Of a stretch of DNA of 64,000 nucleotides, positions 63,247 to 64,000 are shown piece by piece. The DNA comes from an uncultured Gemmatimonadales bacterium. GTDB lineage: Bacteria; Gemmatimonadota; Gemmatimonadetes; Gemmatimonadales; GWC2-71-9. The stretch is taken from contig CAVQGA010000012.1 of NCBI GenBank assembly GCA_963711915.1, forward strand, positions 31,841 to 95,840, read 5' to 3'. The translations under genes and the position numbers were made by a program. Numbering within the stretch: position 1 is the stretch's first letter; each line of letters opens with the position of its first letter. Below the pieces are notes generated by a model. It was not told the DNA's origin, ran no database searches, and saw nothing but the letters and a program-made list of their open reading frames with translations.

Positions 63247-63343
63247 CCCGCAATTGCAGCCGACAGGCCGGACGGTGCCGCGCTCCCCGGATTGGTGCGG
63301 GCGCGAAGATGATTGCCTGCAGCTGATTTGCAATCCGTTAGGC
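63241..63343 (+). repeat. attC 7 (class B, short)
   Basis: GTCTAAC-CCGCAATTGCAGCCGACAGGCCGG ... CTGCAGCTGATTTGCAATCC-GTTAGGC. Confidence 0.85.
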
Positions 63344-63358
63344 GGCTTGCATCCAGAT

Positions 63359-63601
63359 TTATTCGCTGGCCTCGAGGCGGCCGACATCAGCCCGGCGCCC
63401 ATGGACAATCGCGAGGACCTCGACGCGCTCCGTGCGCACACGGCAAATCACGCGGTAGGGACCTTCGAGGACTTCACGGAGGGCGGGATCGGCGCGCTCG
63501 GGTACGTGACGGCGGGCGCGGGCAAGGTCGTCTGCAACTGATTTGCCAGTCGTTAGTCCGCTGCGAATGGCACCCAGGCCCCGCTTGGCGCGCTCGCGCA
63601 T
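63359..63601 (-). pseudogene. cassette 8 (reverse): RelE/ParE-like toxin remnant without an antitoxin
   Basis: The C-terminal ...RRHVPERADPALREVLEGPYRVICRVRTERVEVLAIVHGRR is ParE-like. The central helices seem missing, and no upstream antitoxin ORF is present. Confidence 0.45.
63532..63557 (+). repeat. attC-like 3' half-site (L'/R' only)
   Basis: CTGCAACTGATTTGCCAGTC-GTTAGTC compared with the class-B CTGCAGCTGATTTGCAATCC-GTTAGGC. No RYYYAAC/L'' partner is evident upstream. Confidence 0.45.
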
Positions 63602-63695
63602 ATGCCCATTTCTTCTGACCTTGGCGTAAGTTGAGGGCGCATGTTGTGCCTCCGCCCACCCCTTGTCCGCCAGTGCCGCTGGCCTGGAGTCTCCT

Positions 63696-63899
63696 ATGTC
63701 CGTCGCCAAAATCACCGAAATCCAATCCTCCTCCTCCAAGAGCTTCGAGGACGCGATTCAAAAGGGCATTGCCCGAGCCGATAAGACCCTTCGCAACCTG
63801 AGTGGTGCGTGGATCAAGAGTCAGAAGGTCGTGATCGAGAAGGGGAAGATCACGGAATATCGGGTCCTGCTAAAGGTCACGTTCGTCTTGCAGGACTAG
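63696..63899 (+). CDS. cassette 9: dodecin-family protein
   Basis: MSVAKITEIQSSSSKSFEDAIQKGIARADKTLRNLSGAWIKSQKVVIEKGKITEYRVLLKVTFVLQD. ggag RBS. Confidence 0.8.
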   Translation: MSVAKITEIQSSSSKSFEDAIQKGIARADKTLRNLSGAWIKSQKVVIEKGKITEYRVLLKVTFVLQD

Positions 63900-63931
63900 C
63901 CCTAGCAGGTCGGCCTCTGCGCCGCGCACCA

Positions 63932-64000
63932 GCCTAAGCCGCGCATGCAGCCGACAGGCCGCACGGGCGCAGGACTCCGCTCGGGCGGCGCCCTCCGATG
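63932..64000 (+). repeat. attC 9 (class B), truncated by the window end
   Basis: GCCTAAG-CCGCGCATGCAGCCGACAGGCCGCACGGGCG... The R'' box has G instead of the final C. Confidence 0.7.

Larger units (their letters stand above)
57188..64000 (+). mobile_element. chromosomal integron: intI, attI and at least 9 cassettes (array continues beyond the window)
   Basis: intI is followed by a GTTAGGC core and then by 8 attC-like imperfect palindromes, each bounded by RYYYAAC and GTTRRRY boxes, all in + orientation. Confidence 0.85.

Noticed and set aside
59094-63343. Regularly recurring repeats that might suggest a CRISPR array
   Set aside because: The repeats are 103-140 nt imperfect palindromes bounded by RYYYAAC and GTTRRRY. 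The spacers are 0.2-0.8 kb and contain genes. An integron integrase is adjacent. These are attC sites, not CRISPR repeats. No cas genes are present.
62738-63541. 267-aa ORF spanning cassette 7, attC7 and cassette 8
   Set aside because: It reads through an attC site and is a mosaic of the shifted BrnT core, the BrnA N-terminus and junk. The multi-frame BrnT/BrnA reading is preferred.
1-64000. tRNA, rRNA, prophage, transposase/IS, retron/DGR reverse transcriptase, CBASS/BREX/RM-type defence genes
   Set aside because: None was recognised on either strand. The only recombinase is intI. A proper tRNAscan, Infernal and DefenseFinder run would be needed to exclude small or divergent elements.

Overview
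This is a very GC-rich bacterial chromosomal segment (judged by eye, not computed). The gene content includes many small DinB, SnoaL and HXXEE proteins, a GT87 glycosyltransferase, a PilZ protein, and palindromic repeats that translate as VIPSAARDL. This suggests a soil Gemmatimonadota-like or similar high-GC lineage, but the taxon cannot be proven from the sequence. About 65 protein-coding genes can be supported. Many long ORFs in the track are antisense or out-of-frame artefacts of the high GC content.

Layout:
- 0-20 kb: clpP 3' end, acyl-CoA synthetase, a translationally coupled ogt + 2OG-oxygenase pair, MFS transporters, small stress or unknown proteins, a di-haem oxidoreductase, a Ser/Thr kinase, an outer membrane protein (OMP), an amidohydrolase and an SDR.
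- 20-26.4 kb: ArsR-family regulator plus a tripartite RND efflux operon.
- 26.5-36 kb: radical-SAM DNA repair/modification-like protein, DinB, a DHA2 MFS pump, Nudix, and M50-like and metzincin-like proteases.
- 36-53 kb: two ABC permeases head-to-head with a long, translationally coupled + strand operon. Its genes are a substrate-binding protein (SBP), GHMP kinase, heparinase II/III-like protein, class-III aminotransferase, a tiny hyper-acidic protein, two amidohydrolase-2 proteins, PilZ, a DapA-like protein, a DHOD-like protein, an enolase-superfamily gene and GH38. It looks like an uncharacterised glycan or amino-sugar pathway.
- 54-64 kb: a lower-GC accessory island. It holds a gene remnant, about 850 nt of non-coding DNA, two hypothetical genes, an integron integrase, and at least 9 gene cassettes that run off the window end.

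The most notable feature is a chromosomal integron whose intI points the same way as its cassette array. It has a G-rich attI, two interleaved attC subfamilies, and four toxin-antitoxin (TA) cassettes whose toxins all look damaged or attenuated. Two repeat families are also present: an approximately 107-nt structured element that sits just 3' of genes, and an approximately 82-nt REP-like palindrome flanked by short tandem repeats.

At least seven single-nucleotide frame disruptions lie between 49 and 63 kb. Two of the sites (49.6 and 60.3 kb) are G/C homopolymer triplets and two are dinucleotide runs. They may be real gene decay or assembly indel errors.

No rRNA, tRNA or CRISPR array was recognised. 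No known phage-defence system, retron, DGR or secretion system was recognised. All family assignments come from motif recognition by eye and need HMM or BLAST confirmation.
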